From Azolla caroliniana (Eukaryota > Plantae > Polypodiophyta): 64,000 nt of DNA. The stretch's first letter is position 1, and every line of letters starts with the position of its first letter. The stretch spans positions 7,378,001 through 7,442,000 of the forward strand of contig JBHGNT010000004.1 in NCBI GenBank assembly GCA_043228905.1, in the 5' to 3' direction. The translations under genes were made by a program, and so were the position numbers. Of the stretch, positions 57,951-64,000 are shown piece by piece. Below the pieces are notes generated by a model. The model did not search any database, was not told the origin of the DNA, and saw only the letters and a list, made by a program, of their open reading frames with translations.

Positions 57951-58864
57951 ATGGTTGTTAGGTACGTTAAGTACGGTATAGATAACATACATATATAAAG
58001 TATTAATACAGGTATAATACCTCCCAATTAAAAAATATGTTAAATACGTTTTTTAATATGTTAAATACTTATAAAATACATAAAATACATATAGTACGTT
58101 AAATACTTCTAGACTTTGAAATTTATTTACCTTCCTAAAAAATATTTGTAATATTGTAATATTGTAACTATGTATGCAATGTAACGAAGGATTCCATGGC
58201 TGGAGTTCCATCTTAAAAGTTTCCACGCATTAAAGGGAAAATTGAGCAGGCCTATCACTAAATAGTACAAAAATATGTACATGACTTCTTACATACTTGA
58301 GGTATGACAATTTCCACACTAGTAAAGCTGGGAAACCATTTACAATCTACAGTTATAACTGCAACCTCACAATTGGTTCATAAAAGTTTTTAATAAAGAA
58401 AATGTATCAAAATCAAAGGTGGCTCTAATATATGGCCACATGAATGAACTACTAGGAGCTCGTATGAGATTTGGCCTCCTAACAGCTCTCTAGCAATGGT
58501 AGAATATTTCCAAGATGTCAAGAAGCAAGATATACTTCCACTCACTGACAACACTTATTATCAACACATACAACACTATTTGTTTGAAAGCACTAGACAA
58601 GATTCACAGACAAATACTGTGTGGTGTTCAGCCCATTGGATCAAACCAAACGCACATGAAACATTAGTAGAGCTAGGGTAGTATCCATTGAAAAACGGTC
58701 AAGTGATGAACTTTACAAGGCAAGGCTATGTAGGTTTTTTACGGTTTTGTTATTGAACAAGAAATCAACAAGCTAAAATGTAGAATTGTCGAATCCTTGA
58801 GGTAAAATCCATAACACTACCAAGTTTTTAATTGAAACACATGCTATGTCAAGATAATAAATTG

Positions 58865-59665
58865 TGTTACTCCTTGGGGCAGGACTAGCCCTAACACAAG
58901 GTGTCCCTCTAAGACACTTCACCAAAGGGTGGTGCAAGTGGGGTAGACGTAGACCGTGATACAAACGTATTCCTAACCGGCTACTAACCGATGTGGTTAA
59001 GGATCATAATACACGCGTAAGATAGATTCTATTAAGCACAGAACGGTAATTAACTAAAGCTTCAAAGATTAAACAAGATGTAGAACAACAACACTTTCAT
59101 TAATAAACCGTTATCTGATTACAATCTAACCGGGTCCTTTTATAGGTCACCTGCTCTGGGTTACGATATCCCATCGTGGTCGCCAAAAACTGTGTTACTC
59201 CTTGGGGCAGGACTAGCTGTAACACAGGGTGTCCCTCTAAGACACTTCACCAAAGGGTGGTGCAAATGGGGTAGGCGTAGACCGTGATACAAATGTATTC
59301 CTAATCGGCTACTAATCGGCGTGGTTAAGGATCATAATACACGCGTAAGATAGATTCTATTAAGCACATAACGGTAATTAACTAAAGCTTCAAAGATTAA
59401 ACAAGATGTAGAACATCATTAATAAACCGCTATTTGATTACAATCTAACTGGGTCCTTTTATAGGTCACCAGCTTTGGGTTACGAACCGGTGCCAACCGG
59501 CAACTTGCCACGAATCGGTCTGAATCCGGATCGGCATATCGATTCTGGTTCCGTCCATTCGCTTCTCAAAATATAATAATTATAGATAACAACTCCTAGT
59601 TCTAAAATAATTATCCCTTTCCCATTCTGGACTTTATCCAGCTTTTAAGTCTTTGCCAGTCAACA
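58865..59665 (-). mobile_element. Collapsed LTR element: full LTR, tRNA-Arg PBS and partial LTR, with no internal region
   Basis: 58865-59166 is repeated at 59193-59485. PBS complement TCCCATCGTGGTCGCCA lies between them at 59169-59185. TG...CA ends; TSD AATTG at 58860-58864 and 59666-59670. Confidence 0.85.
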
Positions 59666-60595
59666 AATTGTCCACTTTTTTTTTTATATAACAGTAATAG
59701 TCAATCAACACTAATAAAAAACTATGGTTCCCAACCATTGAATGCAAAATTATGAAATGATCAAAATACCGTGATTTCCAAAAACAAATGAAGTAAAAAG
59801 ACAATAGATAATATCATCCACTTCAGTAGCAACAACAAGAACAAATCATTATTATCCTGACTCCGCTCAATTTCTTAATATGTAGTAGCAGCTTGTTTCT
59901 TCTACACAATGCATATAGGATCCATGCAAAACCCCTCTTTTGAAGGGAAGTCCTTCCAAACAAGTTCCTCTCAAATTTATTCCTCTTCATTGAGTCATGG
60001 TTTGATGATCAATTATAACAAACTTTTGACAAAAAAGTGTGAGATTTTGAATGGTGTAAACCATCTCTTAAGAAAATACTTACTTAAGAGAGCTTTAATA
60101 CGTCCAACCATGCAGAATGACTGTTCTGGAAAGTCATTGAATTTGCCTTCCAAAACACCCTACAAATATACATAAAGTATTTAGTGTATAGCTACGTCAT
60201 TTGTTCCTATGATGGATTTTATTTTTAGAACATGAAAGTGTTTACAAAGATGGTGCTAGATATTGTTGGACCCACAACATTAGGAAGTTCACACTCTCAA
60301 AACACCCACTATGAAGACAAGCACATTTACATCTTACCAATTTGGCATCCTAAAAAATCTATTTATATATTGATATTAACATATACAACTGTAGTGGGTT
60401 TAAACTTGAAAAGAATTGAGACATGGTTATTTTACCCTTGAGACAATCAAACTGAAACCAGATTTTACATTAGGGTTGTGCTAGATAATGTCAACCAAAA
60501 TGAACCTAATCGTAATAAGAAAATGCTTGACAAAAGCAAACACTATGCTAGTCATCATTCATATGTACCAAACAACCCACATTGAGATCAGGTTA

Positions 60596-60925
<330 letters not shown>

Positions 60926-61780
60926 CTATGATGCCAAGAAAAGATGGGAAATATGAGACTCAAAAGGATACAAATCATCAAATCAAATAGATATTTGTTA
61001 GGCAAAAACAACCCAAACTTGTTGGGCATTTACAACAACAGCCCACGCCACAAAGAAAATACTGTATATCCCTCACATGATTGAGGGAATTCACATGATG
61101 AGTTATGACAAAGCTAAAATTCTACGAAAAAAAAACGTACTTTTGAAAAAAACAACACAACAAGAAGTGCAACATACCTATCGAAGAAAATAATAGTGAA
61201 GAAAATACCACATCTTTTGTTTTGGAAGAAACCTTAAGAACACATAACATCAAATATTTGAGATACCCTCACATTGCATTTTGTCAAAGAAATAGAATGC
61301 ATTCTAGCAACAAAATTTAGAACAAAAACCTTAAGAACACGACAAATTTGCTTCAATGATACATCTCACCTCCATAACGTTTGTATGTTGTTTCCTTTGC
61401 ATTTGTAACACATGTCCTTTACGCAATGGTTGTTGTTTCACTATAATTGCCGGTGGATATGGTTGGCGACTACCTCCACCCATACATGACATGCTTTGAC
61501 TTTCACCAACAAAGGTAGATGAGCATGAGATAGAAACACCTAAAAGAGAAAAAATTTCAGAAAAATCATTTACAATTATTTAAACATTAGTAATCAAGAC
61601 ACCTATTGTAGGCTTGTGGCTATACCTTGTTCATGCATGTTGAATGAGTCGATCTCTGCCACTATATCTTCTTCTTCGCCAATTGCTCGGGTTCCACAAT
61701 TACCATACAAAGTTGTAAAGTCAATCAACATTTCCTTGGGACATTGATACATTTCGTTACTCCATGGCTGGGTTTTCCAA

Positions 61781-64000
61781 TGTCGGGTTGTTACGCTTAT
61801 GCGTGTGAAATGACCACGGGGGCCTTGAACCAAGGAGCGAGAGAGACAAGAGGAGGTGAGGAGCACACAAGTGTAAGGCTTGCTAGACCTGCTAGCAACC
61901 GGCGGCACTTACTCGCTGATTGAGCCACCAACGCGTATACTGACTTAATCAAGGAGCACACTCGGGAGATGTCAAAGAAGACACTCACGGAAACACATAT
62001 AATGCAGATGACATAGATAACACAGATACAAGAGATTCAATTACAATAACCATGGCAATTACAACGATGGCAACCCTGCAGAGAATGATGGTAGAGGAAG
62101 AGAGAGCTCGGTTCCCAGTCCGACAACACCTCCTTCTTTTTCCCAAAACGTGATACCCCTTCTTCTCCCCTTCCTTTTTATAGGTCGCCGAGGAGGCCGT
62201 TACATCAAAACGCTCTAACTTTATTCTCTGTCCTTCGAACAGAGATACACATTGATTTCCTAATTAGTAAATATCTCTTACCTAGTATGTTTATATCAGT
62301 TGCCCTATTCCTAGTTATGTACAAAGTATAAATTCGCACACACTCATGCAAAGGCGGGTTCACGCCTTTAATTCTTTGATTCTTCTTAGGGGCGGTTTTC
62401 TTCACGACATCCGCCCCCACCAAACCGCACGTCCACCGGTACGTGCCAGATTGTCCATCTGCCGGAGAAGACCGGCCCGTGATCATTCTTCATCCTTCGA
62501 GTAACCGTCCACGATGGTCCAGTCGTTACCATCATTCGTGCTTGCCGGGTCCGATCCATCGGCATGCCGTTTCTTGAACACCTTTATCCGCTTACTGGCC
62601 ACCGGTACCGCTATCCGCGCTTCGTCGAGCTCTGCAAGATGATACGTGCCGTTGTCATTCGTGCTCGCCACGGTGTAGGGACCGAACCACCTCTTCACAA
62701 ACTTATGCGTTGGCTTGTGTTGATTATCGAGGCTATTGTCGTAGACCAGCACCCAGTCGCCTTCTTTGATCTTCTCTGGCCGTAGTCGATGTGTTCGGTC
62801 GAACCTGTCTTTGTTCCTTTCCCTTGCCGTACGCAGCTTCACCTTTGCCCGTTCCACGTCCTCCGGTCTTTGCTCGAGCTACTGAATCCGCGCCGCCAAC
62901 AACTCTTCCCGGATCATCTCGCCCTTCCAATCTATCACCGCCCACGAGGAGATCGTCCGTTCCACCGACATGTACCCAGTCACTGAACTATGCATCGTTC
63001 GGTCTGCCCATAGTGCGTAGGGTAGGAGGCGCGGCCAATTCCCGACCTGGCCTCTGCAGGCCCGCACCAATGCCTTTACGATTGGCCCATGCCCGCGTTC
63101 TACCTTCCCGTTGGCCTCCGGATTGTATGCCGTGCTGAGAGAGGGCTTGACCCCTAGTCGGTCGAATAGCTCCTCAACTTCTTGTGCATCCAGCTCTCCT
63201 TGGTCCGCTACGATCTTCCCCACACACCCGTACCAGCATACTACCTCTTTGATAAGAAACCGGCACACCGCCGCAGTCGTCTTGTTCTATAATGCGCGGC
63301 CCTCCACCTGGTTCGTCAGATCCTCCCATGCAAGCACCAGGTACCGCATCTACCCTACCCCCATTAGCATCGTTACTAAGTCTACCATCCATTTGAAATG
63401 GACGGTTGGCGGGTAGTCGGGTGTAGCTCATCTCGATGTCGGACTGTGGAGTGCAGCTGACAACTTTCACACGTCGTCACGAATTGGTACACATCCCGGT
63501 ACAACCCCGGCCACCAATACTTCTCTTAATGGATGGTTGGCGGGTAGTCGGGTGTAGCTCATCTCGATGTCGAATTGTAGAGTGCAGCTGAAAACTTTCG
63601 CACGTCGTCACGTATTGGTACACATCTCAGTACAACCCCGACCACCAATACTTCTCTTTCAGTTTCTCGAACGTAGCCCACGTCCCGCGGTGTCCGGCCC
63701 AAGGACTCTCGTGGTACGCCGTTAACAACTTGTCCTGCTCGTCCTTTCTTGCCACTATGCAAAGCAGAACGCCGCCTTGCTTCTTTGGGATCCTCCATAT
63801 ACTTCCGTCCCGTAGGAAGAATCAGTACGCTTTCTTTCGAATCTGGTTAGCCTCCTCTCTGGGCCATGCCATGTCCGACGTCATTGTCCTAAGGAACCTT
63901 CCAATCTGGAGCCACTCCTCGTCGTACTCGCTCTCGTCGAACTTGTTAAGTGCCGGAGCGCTCCCTACCCTTGTCGCTACGCGAGCCGACTTGAAGAAGT
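61781..64000 (-). mobile_element. Gypsy 3' portion (LTR, PPT, disrupted integrase), running off the window end
   Basis: LTR at 61781-62409 (similar to 19034-19796) and PPT complement CCGCCCCCACCAAACC at ~62411-62426. Integrase motifs YNPEANGKVERGH and RWFGPY, closely related to 9922-11215. Confidence 0.9.

Noticed and set aside
57951-58140. Possible DNA-transposon end (CATGGTTGTTA plus repeated TTAAATAC/GTACG motifs)
   Set aside because: No matching opposite TIR or TSD was found in the window.

Overview
Eukaryotic land-plant nuclear DNA, plausibly a seedless plant (fern or bryophyte; this is inference). About 45 kb is a heavily nested block of LTR retrotransposons (1-44.9 kb), followed by a low-copy island and more TE debris. 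The only intact host gene I can support is a two-exon arabinogalactan (AG) peptide of the AGP16/20 type (48454->47356, minus strand, 83 aa), which the ORF track misses because it is spliced. One Tnt1/Tork-like Copia element (32591-37943) is fully intact, with apparently identical 620-bp LTRs, a 5-bp TSD and a 1357-aa ORF. All other elements are decayed by C->T transitions, deletions and nesting: several Copia copies, a tRNA-Trp-primed Gypsy family, tRNA-Arg-primed LTR elements, a chromovirus remnant, a 5'-truncated LINE, a hAT MITE and an orphan exon of the mitochondrial ATP synthase beta gene. Three observations stand out. (1) A Gypsy-type segment (26979-30669) has its integrase tail and a ~900-codon extra ORF on the + strand, yet the adjacent LTR is preceded by a tRNA-Arg 3'-end sequence (a minus-strand PBS) instead of a PPT. 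(2) A Gypsy family makes 4-bp TSDs and repeatedly inserts at NCGG sites inside CCGG-rich Copia elements. (3) Some of its LTRs carry tRNA-like A/B boxes. All coordinates were read by eye and no database searches were run.
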